A stretch of 64,000 bases of DNA from Camelus dromedarius (GCF_036321535.1 NC_087437.1:3100001-3164000); one strand, 5' to 3'. Positions 12,751-26,055 are shown, numbered from the stretch's first letter. Notes: generated by a model not told the origin, from the sequence alone. Numbers and translations are program-made.

Positions 12751-13619
12751 TTGACTTCGTGGACCATTGAGGTGGCTTCATAGTTGGCCTACCAACATAT
12801 TGCCTTTCCCACCCCCCACACCCCTGACACTCAGCATCACGAGGACCTGTTCACAGAGGCTGTTCAACAAATGCTTGGTTTTCTCTACTGGACAGTTAGT
12901 TGTTGAGTTGTCCCCCCACCTCCTGGCTGGATGACCCCACATCCCCGGAGAGGCTCCCTGTGTGATGCCTGCTGCTGAGTCAAGTGATTTCTAAATAGAA
13001 ACCCTCTGGTAGCACCATCATTAATTAGCACTCTTTCTCAGAACATCTAAAAGAAGTTTGTTGGGAGAACAGTGTGTTCCCAACAAAACTAATGAAACGT
13101 GGAGCTTGGCTGCTTTAAAAATAAATCTGTCAGTGCAGCCCTTGCTGGATAACTGCTTGTGCAGAGTTTACTGAATGTCCCTCTCGCCTTCCCTGTGCTG
13201 TCCCTTGGTCCTCTCATCCTCTGCCTTCTTGTGCACTCCCCTCAGAATAGAGCTGCTTGTCTTTTAGGGATCACACCCAGTTACTAGCAGCTGAAGCCCT
13301 CCTGCTGCCACGCTGTACCCCGACTTCCTTTGCTGACAAAACTGGTTGCCCCCTGAGGGTAGGGACCATGTCTAATGTGTCCCTTTAAACTTCCTAATTA
13401 TAGCCCAGCATGTGACACCTAGCTGAATATTTAATGGATACATGAATAAACAGATCATTGGTAAGAAATTTTACTTTGCCCATTTGGGGAAAGGCAGCCG
13501 AGTGGGGCGAGGGACAGTGTCTCATCGTGATCTGGCTGAGATGCTGTGGACAGTTGCCCAGGATGTCCATTCTGCTGAGGACACTCTTCCTGTTGCCACT
13601 GGGACCTCTCCCCCTCATT

Positions 13620-13915
13620 GTGGGTACATCCTAGCTTAGCTGTCATTTCCTTGAGACACCTTCCCGAACACCCTCCCACCAGACCTCACCCTCCCTTCCT
13701 TCCTTGTAAGTTAGGGGCTCCTCTGTATGCTTCCTTGTACTCTGCATGTCACAGGAAATGCCACGTGGTACTGTTTGCCCATTAGTTATCTGTATTCACC
13801 TTCAAACCATGAGCCCCATGAGAGAGAGGTCAATGTGTATCTTTCATTCATTGTATTTCTGATGCCCGGCAGAGAGCCTGGTATGCTGCAGGCTCTCAGT
13901 ACCTATCAATGCAAG
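13620..13915 (+). mobile_element. L2 3' relic
   Basis: gagccccatgag…tctttcattcattgtattt…agcctggtatgctgcaggctctcagta. Confidence 0.55.
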
Positions 13916-14079
13916 TCTGTGCGAATGATCAGTAAAGTCAGGACCCTTCCTGTGGGTCTTGGGTTGGTCTTTTCTCCCCGTTCCTTCTCCCAACACGGAA
14001 CCATACCATCAAAATAGTTGGAATTGTCCTGTGGACAAAATACAACCACAGTAAAATAGAACCTATGCAATGCATTGTA

Positions 14080-14110
14080 CAAAACAAAACAAAACAAAAC
14101 AAAAAAAAAC
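14080..14110 (+). repeat. (CAAAA)n/poly-A
   Basis: Direct reading. Confidence 0.85.
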
Positions 14111-15119
14111 CCAGCAATGTCTTTTATTTATGCTTTTGTCTCAAAATATTCCATTACTGTAAGATACGCAAAGTGGAGGATGCATGGCCCGCAAGTTTTC
14201 CTTAAATTTAGAAGCTGAGCCAACAGTGAATGGGCTTTGGCTGCCTCTGCTGCTCATTGTAAACAGGCTGTTCCAGCTGCTGTGAACATCAGAGGTGCTG
14301 TCCATATACCCCTTAAAGGAGAACGTGACTGCTGTGGGAAACACTGAGATTTAGCTACAGACGCAAAATAATCACACTAGAACCCGTTCTGGAATGTTAT
14401 TTCCTGCTCCTTGTGCTTCAGCTGCTGTGAGCTGTCAGAACCCAGCACTCCTGGGGAAGCCAACAGTGTGAAATCTGTGATCCACCCCCCAAGCTCGGGT
14501 AGAAGCAGGACTGACCTCCCCACCCCTTCACTTTCTGGAAGTGATAAAGTTTACCCAAGTGGTTGTATCAGGACTGGGGCTAGTGTGGAGGGGTTTTGAG
14601 TGCGAGGAGAGGAAAGACTTCTTGTTTACTTTCTGAAAAATTCCTCTTGAAACCTTGGCTGAGTTCTTGAAAGCCTTTGCAATGCACCTCACATCAGCCC
14701 TAGTGAGATATCTGTGTGTGTGTGTGAGAGAGAGATTTTCCTAATATTTCTGACACTGTGTTCTCATTTCCTTCTGTTTCTTACTTAGCTACTTTGAGGG
14801 TATAAGAGTCCTTCACAGAGATGGTGCCCAACATCCCTCCTTAATTTTAGAGAGGTGATTGTCCCCATCAATGTCTTGCAGGAATGTGTTTCCATGTGGA
14901 AGGCAGCATGAGCTGCTTCAGAGATGTTCTCATCATGGGTGAATCCATTTCCGAGGGTTTGTGTTTCAGCTCACACCTGCTGCTTGTATCTCCTTAGCGA
15001 GACGTGGGAAGTTCACTGGGCTGTGGTGTCCAAATTGTCCGGTATTGAGACATCAGCCCTATTGAAGTTTTCAGCAAATTATTAAATCTGTAAAATAAAA
15101 CTAATAATTTTTGTTCTTG

Positions 15120-15520
15120 AATCAGTTAGGAGTTACTTGGGCTGCAGGTGAGGTAAATAAAAATATTACTTATTTGCACAAAACCAGTTAATTTTGCTCA
15201 CGTGTTGCAGACGTCCACACTGCACTAAAGCAGACCCATGGAGTCACCACGAGTCGAGGCGTTTATCCTGTTGCTTTGTATCTTCCACCTGAGCTTCCAC
15301 CTCATGGTCCAGGAGGTTGCTTGGACTCTGCCCATCAGTCTGCATTTAGCCGACAGGAAGGAGAAAGGGGAAAAGACGTGCATGGCCACCTCTTCTTAAG
15401 GATGTTTTCTGGAAATTGTGACACTGATCCTTCCTGAGCTTAGAGAGTTGTCACGCCTAGTTGGGGGTAGGGCTGGAAAAGGCATCCTTTATTTCAGGGG
15501 GTCATGAGTTACAACAAAAG
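15120..15520 (-). mobile_element. Old MaLR (MLT1J/K-like) LTR relic
   Basis: atcagttagga…ttgggctgcag start and general resemblance; highly diverged. Confidence 0.4.
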
Positions 15521-15829
15521 TTAGGGGCCCACTCCTCTGAAGACAAGAAGACTGGGTACAGGAGCACAATTACAAGCCTTTGCCGCCATCCCTCACCTGA
15601 ATATTGTGAGAATTAAGTGATATAAGTGGATTTCATAAACTGTTAAATCCTGTACCCATGACAGATTTTATTTTTAAGATATTATAAGCACTATTCTTAT
15701 GGGAATTTAGAAAATAAAGAGAAATTAAAGGAATTTTCTTAAAAGGGCAATTGCTAGGTAAAGTTTTAGTCTGTAGAGGGACTGCTAAGATCTTTTGTGA
15801 AGAATTATTATAAGGAAAACACTTAGACT

Positions 15830-15985
15830 CACTCTCCATCTACACCGAGGATGAAGGGAACTGGGAGATGGATGGTGTCTCTTTTGTCGAACAGATGAAG
15901 AAATTGGGAGGGGTGTTATTTTCCTAAGGTCATAAAGCTGTTCAGTGGCAGAGCCAGAATTAAAACCCAAGACCCCTGGAAGAAT
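15830..15985 (-). mobile_element. MIR relic
   Basis: acagatgaagaaattggga…cctaaggtcataaagct…agtggcagagccagaatt. Confidence 0.65.
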
Positions 15986-16130
15986 ATTCAGTGTCCTGTC
16001 TACTGCACATCCCAAACTGAAAATCCACTGCAGACCTATCAGGGAAGCTGTGGTAGTGAAGCTGCAGAACGTTTCTGAGAATGGCAGGGACTGGCATTTG
16101 CACAGGGGGCTGGCTGCGTCGACCTCCTCA

Positions 16131-17115
16131 CATTACCGAGCCCAAGCTCGTGCTGCTCGCCCAACAACAGGCCAGTAAACCAAGAGATGAATTGTTAGGA
16201 TGAGGACTAGTGGCTTTATTTGGAAAGCCAGCAGACTGAGAAGATAGGGGACTAGCGTCCTGTGAACAAAAAATACCACAAACCACATCAGTAAACAAAG
16301 AATGCTGAAGCCATCGAGGCATCAGTGGCTGCCTCCACCCTCCAGTGAAGACAAGCCTGCAGCCCGGCCTCTGCAGCCACTCACAGTGGTGCCCTCCGAG
16401 GGGACTCAGAACAGGAAAGGACAGGATACTGGCCCTAGATAGCTAGGTGCTTGTCAAAGGAATGAATTCAGTGAGCCCAAATGTTTGCTTCCTCCCATAC
16501 ATAGAAAAGCACTAAATTCTTTAACTTGAAATGTCTGGTTTTCTTTAGTTAACAAGTCATCTTTAAATGTTCCAGCTACCTGGTCTTTGTTGTAAAGTTC
16601 CTATATATCCTAGCTCCTCCCCTACCTCATTGGAGCAGCCCCTCAGAGCGATCTGAGAGGCTGTCATCCTGGGCTCGAAGGGGTTCAAGTCCTCAGAAAT
16701 GTCCGCCAAATAAAACATAATTCTCAACTTTCAGGCTGTCATTTACTTCAGCTGACAGTCCCAAAGAGTCATCTTCCTGGTGTTAGACTTCAGGGTTCTT
16801 TTATACTGAAAGGGGAGGGAGTAAAGTCAAACATTTCCTGGTTCTGGTCAGCCTCCGGAGGGGAAGTGTTAATTCCTTCCTCCCTACCTTCAGTCGTTCA
16901 TAGGTGAGCCTGGTCAGGATGCTTCCTGTGAGCTCAGCAAAGGTGTTTTAGCTTAATGCTGATTACCTGGGCGGCAGAGGTGGGCCATTGTGTGTAATTT
17001 AAGCTCATAGGCAACATCCCTTTAGTGATTAACTTGTAGCAAAAGCAATGGAGACAAAGGTTAAAGTGAAAGAAACAGGTCCAGTATGGAGTTAGATTTG
17101 TTCTTATTTGTTGCA
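16131..17115 (-). mobile_element. Solo ERV1-type LTR (outer; ~484 bp excluding the nested LTR)
   Basis: Minus strand begins TGCAACA…gaacaaatctaactccat; TATAAAA at 16799-16805 and AATAAA at 16215-16220 on minus; flanked by 4-bp ctca/ttca. Confidence 0.82.
16261..16757 (+). mobile_element. Solo ERV1-type LTR (inner; 497 bp)
   Basis: TG…CA termini, perfect 4-bp TSD gtcc (16257-16260, 16758-16761), TATATAT at 16602-16608, AATAAA at 16709-16714. Confidence 0.88.
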
Positions 17116-19542
17116 TTCAGGCAGCCTCAGCCCCAGGCTTTCCCTGTGACTGGAGTGAAAATTCACAGCAGCTCATTCAGAGTCTCTGCATCCTCTTGTT
17201 TCTTAGTCTCGGACTTGATTTGGGGCCCCTAGGGCTACACTCCGGCTTCCGTTCTTTTCTCCTTCCTGAAATTCATTTAGTGGTCTGCTTGCCCTTTGGT
17301 GGCTGCATTCTGAGTTCAGGGGTTCTTAGTTTATCATCTGGTGCTTTTTGTCCTGCTGGCTTTTCTTAGCCCCTCCTCCAACAGCCATTCCCTGGGGGAA
17401 TGGGGGCGTCCTTTCCTCCTGAGCCTCACAGCCCTTTCGTTCTCGTCTCTTTCCTCCACCCGGGAAACCTGTGTCTGACTCAAGGGTGACCTTTCACTTC
17501 TAACCGCTCTCCCAGCAGCACCAGCTGCTCTCTGACCTCTCGCTGGAATTTCTAAGGAGTGTCACTGCCTAGTCGCCAAGATATCTGTGCTGTGTTTTAC
17601 GCTTGCTATTTTGTTTTCGCGCTCGGTTTTGCTCCTGTTTTACCCTTTTCTTTGCTGTTCTCATCTTTGCCCTCTCCGATTGAAGATGACTTTGATTCTT
17701 TGTCCCAGCATCTGTCTTCTGCTGCATCAGGAGCTGGGTACTACTCTCTCCCTAACCTCCTCTGGCAGGCTTAATTAATTCAGAAAATTTTGTATGCTAA
17801 GGCGGAAACAGTCACTTTATAAAACAGCAATTACCTCATGAATCTACCCTGTCTCCCTGCTGTCCAGTCTTATTACCTGTCACTTGTTTCTCCTCTGAAC
17901 CTGGGTTTTTAAACCTGCATCTATACAGCAGAAATTCTTAGTTGCCTGATACCCATTCTTCCTTTTTCACTAAGAGAACCCTGCCTTGGGGGACTTTGAG
18001 TAAGAAAAGGGCAGTTGCTCCCAGCTATAGAAATTACGATTTACATTTTACACATTTTTTACCATGATAAAAGATAAAACTTACATTAGTTCACACTTCT
18101 GTTGTTCTGAAATTGTTATTTTATGTGTCTGTGTTTTGCTTCCTCACCAAGACTCTAAACCCAGGATGGAAAGAAGTATGTCTCTTATTTATAAATCTCT
18201 AAAATATCAATATAATATCTTACAGTGTCCATTGTACTATGACCAGCATAGTAGTAGACCAAAATTGGAAACGATTAATAACCATAAGTATGATGAAAAA
18301 ATTTAATTTTCAGCCTCCCTTACATCTAGGGGTGGCCATGTGATAGTGTTCCCACCAATGAGATGTAAATAGAAGTCTGAGCTGGAGATTTCTGACAAAG
18401 CTTGGGTCCCCTCTGATGTCAACTCTTTCTCCATCCTTTTTCATTCCTGCTCCTGGATGGGGACATGATGGATGAGGCTGCCACAGCCATTCCTTAACCA
18501 TCTAGAGGATTGAGGAGACCTCAGCTCTAGAACAATGGACCACTAAACTAACGTCAGTGGTTCCCACCTCCAGAAGCCTTGGTGAAAGTAGAACAATGGG
18601 CTGACATCACTGTCGTAGGGACTGTTGCTCTCCACTCAGTGCAGTTTCTACGTGATCCATTTGTAGCTAATGACTTGAGTCTGTGGTGGACACTGAGATG
18701 TGCTGCCCAGACCCCGTACAACGGACAGCTGGTCTCCTGGTTGCTGTCAGTGCTGTCAGCCCCTTTGGGGATTATCCTTTCTCAGGGAGCCTCTTCACCC
18801 AAGGTCGCTCCCCTTCCTAGAGTGGCCCACGTTAAATAAATGATCAGTTGGACATATAAAGGCCTGACCATTTGATCTGACTTGGAACAATTCCAAGTGA
18901 TTGTTTCTGAATGTTTCACTGTCGTGATGGCACTCAAATGTCTAAAATCCCCTCCATACAACTTTAAGAATATTGCCCTGGGATGCCCACTTGTACAAAG
19001 TTCTCCGTGGGTGACAAGTAAAGGGAAGGGAAGCAGTGCTCCCTGTGTTTTCAGTAAATATTAAACCCTGAGTCTTTGCAAATATAGCCGTCTCTTTTGC
19101 CCAGGGCTCTTGGAAGACAATCGGTGCTTCTCTCTCCTGTTTCTTACCCTCGGGCTGCTTGTTTCAGGGCAGGAGCTCATTCGAGTTGATCAGATGCGGG
19201 AACATCATAAAGGAGGAACCAGACCAGCTGCTGCTTTCATTCACGATCTGGTGCTAGGACTGGAGGAGGAGAGCTTGAAGCTGGGGTGAAGTGATGCTCT
19301 TGCATCACCTGTGGGATGCAGTTTCTTCATCCTTGTTTCACTGCTTATGTCCTCAGAGAACAAATCATGGTCAAACTGTTCAGTCTCTTGGCTTCAAGAC
19401 ATTGAGTTTGAAGAGAGAATTGTGTGAATTAATTTACAAACATGAACAATTGGTGTGGTTTTTTTTTAAAAAGATATGCTTGGTTTATTCTGAAATCTTC
19501 AGTTGGAAATATTGATGCATGCGGGTCACTCAGGCCCTGTAC

Positions 19543-19684
19543 TTTTTTTTTTTTTTTATTGAAGTAGAGTCAGTTTACAATGTTGTGTCAATTTCTGATG
19601 CACAGCACTGTGTTTTAGTCATCCATATACATACATATATTCCTTTTCATTATAGATGACTACAAGATACTGAATATAGATCCT
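19543..19684 (-). mobile_element. Short L1 3' end
   Basis: Poly-T then attgaagtagagtcagtttacaatgttgtgtcaatttctg. Confidence 0.88.
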
Positions 19685-20789
19685 GGTGTTTTAAAATTAA
19701 TAAAAATCCCTGAAGAAATGTGTATAGCTGTTTTAAAAAGTTGAGTCATCAAGAAAAAAGACTTATTTGCATAATTTGCAGAACTTATTCCTCTCTAAAC
19801 ACCTGTGTGGTAGTATTTATATGGGCTACATCTGGCGTGAGTTTTCTCACCATTTTTTTTAACCATCTAGCACCTGCTTGAAATTGCTGTGTTGTTAAGG
19901 GGGAGTGAGGGTTATGTTAGATTCCTCAGTGGGTTCTGCAGCAGAATCAGTCCAGGGGTGTAACTGGTTGAGCAGCAGGGATGTCAGGAGTTGGAGAGGC
20001 AGTGGGAGCTGTAAAGGGTTTCCCTCTATGAGTCCCCAGAGGCTGCCTTTCACTTACCCTTCTCCCTAAAAGTAGGGGCCGAAAGGACATTCTGTTCAGC
20101 ACCCAGTCTGTACAACTGTAGAATGTTGTTACTAGGGCCTTGGAGAATGTCTAGCCTCCCACCTCTTTTCTGTAAAATGAAGGAACTAAAGCTCAGGGAC
20201 ACAGAAACATTCCCCAAATCAAGGTAGTTTAATGTTCCAGTTCCTAGTTCATTGCTCTTTTCACTGCATCCCACTGTCCGGTCAGACGTTTACCAATCCC
20301 AGAGCTTCACTGCTTGTTTGGGGAACTCTGTAAACATGGGAGCGTTTCTCATCGAACAGTGGGTGCTTGAGCTGCTGCTAAAACCCACCATTCACGTCTG
20401 CCTGGTTTGTGTTGCAAGGTTCTACATCAGGTTTTTAGGGGAGAGAAAGAATCCACAATCCATTTTGCTACCATGAATATAAAATACGTATGGGCCTGAA
20501 GGGTAAGTTCCTTGAATACAGTTTTGAAACCCTAGAATCTGGTGGCATTGGGATTGAAGCAAAATATTTCTCAGCAAGTTCTCGTTAAGAGTGTGGAAGG
20601 ACTACAGGGTAGAAGGAGCATCACTTACGATCTTTGTTTCTCTCGTTGCACATCCTTGAGAAGAAGATTTGACAGAGGCTTCCAGGCAGAATGTACACAT
20701 GACCCAAGTCAGGGGAGGCTACTGTGTCTCAAACAGAAGTGATTGACAGAAAACATGCCCTCCTGTTCCACTGAGTGACTGAAAGCATG

Positions 20790-21010
20790 CAGCATCACGG
20801 AGAGGAGCGTGGGCTCTGGGCCTGACTGGGTTTACATCTAGCTCTGCCAGTGAGCAGCTGCGTGCAGGTGTGTTTGAGTTTTCTGTGCTTTATTTTGCTC
20901 ATGTGTAAGATGGGGACAGAATAGTGGCCTCATGGGAAGATGAAACGTTTTAAAGCATATAAAGCTCTACACCAGTACCTGGCACATATAAGCACTGTTA
21001 TTAATTATTA
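20790..21010 (+). mobile_element. MIR, near full length
   Basis: gagcgtgggctctgg…ctgggttt…gctctgcca…tgtaagatgggga…cctggcacata. Confidence 0.7.
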
Positions 21011-22794
21011 ATATTAAAAATTGTTGGGAACATCTCATCTTGCAATTGCCTGGATCCACCATCTTCTGTACTACTGTAGAGTGTTGGAGCTGGAAGAACC
21101 CTGTAGAAGGTTTAGAGTACAGTGCCTTTGATTTCCTGGCTCCTTCCTAATGGCATTTTGTAACAATTTGCCTGTTAGAAAACATCTTAACTTGGTTAGA
21201 GTGACTGCATGATCATTATGAAAGAAGCAATTTTACAGAAACCACGTAAAGGGAAATATTCATGTCTTCCGAGATTCTGCATATCACGGGTGCCCCAGAG
21301 ATGTTTACTGCGTTGAATAGACGTTCGTTGTAGGTGAACCACGTGGTTGGTCATTTTCCTTTTCTCCATATCAGATGTTATCAAAAGTGCCTGGGCTGTG
21401 TTGGAGGGAAGCACAGTATCGTGGCAAACAGAAGGACTAGTCTAAACAAATTAGCTATTGGCTTGAATCTCAAATATATTTCTGACTTCAGTGGTTTTTC
21501 AGCCAGCGTAGAACTCAGGGAGAGGCAGATAAATGAGGCCAAGTGCAGGAAGAAACTTACATTAAATTTTATTTCATATGAACTCAATATCTGTTTATTA
21601 GAGAGAATCAGGTTTGGATGCAGGGATAATGATGACAAATATTGCCAGAAATATGATGATACATTCAACCAAGCTGAGTGTTAGGAAGTAGAGGGCGTCA
21701 TAAACAGAGGCCCAAAGAAATGCTTCAAAATTGAATGATTGCAATATTTGTCACACACAGACACACTCACACACTCACTCATAAGGCACAATTGGTAAAG
21801 CAAATGAGTGATCAAAACAAACTCAGGAACTATTGCTTTACTTAATTGTGCAACTAATGAGTGCAAGATGGACAATGAAACTGAAGATTTTGAGACCAAC
21901 CTAAGTCTTGAAGAAGGAGGTAGAGCTGCAGGAAGAAAAAGATCTTTTTCACAGACGCGAGGAAGCCTTCCTGAGATAAAGGCAGAATCAGCTTTGCAGT
22001 TGGAGAGCTGTGGGCCAAACACACCTGCTTGTGCCTAGAACCTGCAGGCAGGCAGTCTTAGGTGTTTGCTCTCTCTGTCAGCTCGTCGGGTCCAACCTTG
22101 GTGGACACAAACCCAGTACTGCCGTGGAGATAAGGGGCCAGTTGGAGAACCACATCTCCAGCCCTGCCCACAGGCCCACCTCTGCCCCACCAGGAAGTTG
22201 GAGACCTTGTTCCACAGCACAGGAGTGTATATCCTGGGGACCAGGGGAGAAAAACCCACTACTGCAAGAAAACAAGTTGAGATCAGGCCCATAGAAGACC
22301 CCTCCGGAACACTGGAAACTCAAACCCAGAAGGAGGCTTGGAAGAAACGCACTGACATGAAACAAAAGCTAGTTTCTCTTGACCCTGCCTTTCCGTGGAT
22401 TCCCGTAAAGGGCCTGTCCAGACCGTGGAGAAAGCTTGAGAGACAACGCTTGGTGTTGGCCAGGCTTTGGTCACACCAAGTTGACATTCCTGGGTTGGGT
22501 GAAACTGTCTTCTGCAAATAAGTCTTTTCCCAGTTTTCTAGGGACCCTCAGACGAAGACGAAGGAGGTTTACAAGGGGGAGGAGAAGGAGGGCTGAAGGA
22601 GAGGGGGAGATGGAGGGAGAGAAAAGACAGAAAGCCCGGAGTCTCTGCTTAATGACATTGAGTATCCTTGTCTGGGTATGGGAACGGAAAATCTCGGTAT
22701 TTCACCTTGGATTGGAGTGCGGAGGTTAGTTCTTCATCCTGAAATGGAATACAAATACCTCTCCTCAGCGGGATTTGGGGGACCATTTTTTGCC

Positions 22795-25560
22795 CTTTTT
22801 TTTACAATGGAAATAAATTTGCATAGACAGTTCCCAGATCTATTCAGTTCACTGTCAGTACGTATGGTTTTGACAATTAAATACACTTATGTAACAACCA
22901 GCCCAGCTGATTTGTAGGGTAGTCTCAGTGTCCCAGGAGGTCATCTCACGTCCTCCCCCAACCCCGCTCCAGGCTCCTCCCAAGAAGACCACCACCGTTC
23001 AGATTTCTGTTCCCACGGATTCGGTTTACTCCGTGTAAATGAACTCTGTGGTTTGAACATAATGTTTGAACATAATGCTTTAGAGATCATCCACGTTGTT
23101 TTTTGTGTCAGTGGTTTGTTACTTCTATGTACCAGAATATTTTCATTCATTCCCCTGTTTATGGACATTTGGACTACTTTTAGTTTTCAGTTGTTAGGAA
23201 TAAAACGGCTGGGAAGATTCTTATACAGTGTCTTAGTGGCATATATATTTGCTTTTCTTGGGCAGATACATAGAAATAAAACTGTGGGGCCATAGAATAA
23301 ATGTATGTTGAATTTTATAAGAAACTCCACATAGTCTTTGAAAGTAGTTACACCATCTACACCCTCACAGGAACAGAGAAGGGTTCCAGTCACTCTCCAT
23401 CTGTGTCAGCATTTGGTATTGTCAGTCTTTTGGATTTTAGCCATCCTGGTGAGCATGAAATATTATCTTACTGTGGTTTAAGTGAAATTCCCTAATGACT
23501 AAATTATGTGGGGTGATTTTTCATGTGTATATTGGCCATTATGTATCTTCTTTTGTGAAGTAGCTGGTCATATTTTTGCTCATATTTTTATAAATTGGGT
23601 TGTGTGTATTTTTAGTGTTGACTTGTAGAAGTACTCTGTATACTCTGAATATTCATGTCACAAATATCATCCTCTTTAGCCTGCATTTTCATTTCCTACT
23701 AGTGTATTTGTGAAGTTTTTTAAAACTTAGTTAAATCCAATGTATCATTTTTCTTTTATATTTATTGCATTTTATATTTCTTAATTAAGTAACATTTGCC
23801 TTTCTCAAACTCACGGAAATATCCCCCTGTATTTTAGAAGCTTTATAATCACAGCTTTTTTTTTTTTTTTAACATTTTTTTAATTGAGTTATAGTCATTT
23901 TACAGCGTTGTGTCAAATTCCAGTGTAGAGCACAATTTTTCAGTTATACATGAACATACATATATTCATTGTCTCATTTTTTTTCACTGTGAGCTACCAT
24001 AAGATCTTGTATACATTTCCCTGTGTTATACAGTATAATGTTGTTTATCTGTTCTACATATGCCTGTCAGTGTCTACAAATTTTGAAATCCCATTCTGTC
24101 CCTTCCCACCCCCTGCCACCTTGGCAACCACAAGTTTGCATTCTTTGTCTATGAGTCTGTTTCTGTTCTGTATTTATGTTCTTTTTCTTTTTTTTTTTAG
24201 ATTCCACATATGAATGATCTCATGTGGTATTTTTCTTTCTCTTTCTGGCTAACTTCACTTAGAATGACATTCTTCAGGAGCATCCATGTTGCTGCAAATG
24301 GCGTTATGTTGTCATTTTTTATGGCTGAATAGTATTCCATTGTATAAATATACCACATCTTTAGCCAGTCATCTGTTGATGGACATTTAGGCTGTTTCCA
24401 TGTCTTGGCTATTGTAAATAGTGCTGCTATGAACATTGGGGTGCAGGTGTCTTTTTGAATTAGGGTTCCTTCTGGATATATGCCCAGAAGCAGGATTCCT
24501 GGGTTCTATGGTAAGTCTATTCCTAGTCTTTTGAGGAACCTCCATACTATTTTCCACAGTGGCTGCACCAAACTACATTCCCACCAGCAGTGAAGGAGGG
24601 TTCCCTTTTCTCCACAGCCTCTCCAGCATTTGTCATTTGTATAATCACAGCTTTTAACATCCATCCTAGGTTAATGTTTGTTTATAGGCTGACATAGGAT
24701 TTGAAATTATTTTTTATACAGATATCCAGTTCTTTCAGTGCCACTTAATGAAAACTTTTGGAACTTTCTTGGTTGCACACTGAATTGTCTTTGTTGAAAA
24801 TCAGTTGGAGTGATTGTGCAGGTTTCATTTCTAGACCCTCTTCTGTTCCGTTCATCTACTTGTCTGTCTCCAGCAGTCTCCCTCTCTTGGTTAGTGTATC
24901 TTCATAGTATATCTTGAATTCAGACACTGAGTCCTGCAACATTCCTGTTTCCAGGATTTTTTTGGCTATTCTAGATCATGTGTGTTTTCACAAAGATTTG
25001 AATTGTCACTTTGACAATTTCTTCAAAAAATTTTGTTTGTATTTGTTGAGATGGCTTTGACTCTTACATCAATTTTAGGATAATTAACATCTCAACATGA
25101 TATGTCTGTCTTTAAAATTTTTGAAAAAATTTCTCTCAAAATTTTTTTCTGGTTTTCACCCTGTACGTCTGTACCTGTTTTGCTAATTTTATTTCTATGT
25201 ATTTTATTTTCATGCTACTTTAAATTATCTTATTTTCTAGTTATTTATTATTAGTAAATGGAAATACTTTGTTGGTTGGTTCATGTACATAACTTTGTAT
25301 CCTGTGACTTTCCTAATTTGTTTGTTAGTTTTATCAATTTATTTTTTAGATTCCACAGGATTCTCTGAGTACATGGTAATATCGCCTGTGAGTAATGATA
25401 GCTCTCCTTTTTAATCTTTTTCTTTTTCCTTCTTGCACTGTCTAGAACTTCTAGTACACAGAAGAATACATGTGGTGAGAGTGGAAATCTTTACTTTGTT
25501 CCGAATCTTGGATAAAAATGTTTAGTATATATTGCTGGATTTTTTATATTGCTTATGTAT
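22795..25560 (-). mobile_element. Ancient L1M (L1MC/ME-like), interrupted by a young L1
   Basis: Continuous diverged antisense L1 3'UTR/ORF2 text on both sides of the 23860-24639 insertion. Confidence 0.75.
23860..24639 (-). mobile_element. Young 5'-truncated L1 with perfect 16-bp TSD
   Basis: TSD tataatcacagctttt at 23844-23859 and 24640-24655; ORF2 C-terminus [24 protein letters not shown]…. Confidence 0.95.
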
Positions 25561-25814
25561 TGCTAATATTGCAGTGGTCACACAGTCATCACACTCCCCT
25601 AGTGGGTTTAATTCTTCAGAAGGGGATTTATTTCTTACTTGAAAGTAAAAGTGCCCATTATTGTATCACACTCATAATGCCCAGTAGGTGCATAGAAAAT
25701 AGTTTATTTTCAGAATAAACAAATTCATGAATAAACAAATGCAGGTATTTGCCTTGGTCCTCCCCTGTCTCTTTCAAGAGTAGCCTTTAATTGATAAAAG
25801 TCTGGGGCTGTACA

Positions 25815-26055
25815 ACATCCCTGTAACATACAACGTGATGGATATGACTGACACTCTCGTATATGAGAGTAAGAGTTCTCATCACAAGAAGTTTTTCCTG
25901 CTTCTTTAATGTTGTGTCTGTGAGATGATGGACGTCCGCTAGACTTATTGTGGTCAGCATTTCATCATTTGTGTCATTCAGGTCATCACGTGGCACACCT
26001 TAAACTTACACAGTGCTGCACGTCAGTCATACTTCAGTAAAACTAGAAGGAAAGA
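25815..26055 (+). mobile_element. Old L1 (L1MA/L1MB-like) 3' end
   Basis: gagttctcatcacaagaa…gtgagatgatgga…caccttaaacttacacagtgc…aaaactagaa. Confidence 0.7.

Noticed and set aside
22010..22729. Cluster of overlapping ORFs on both strands
   Set aside because: Expected in GC-richer sequence; no recognisable protein or consistent splice sites
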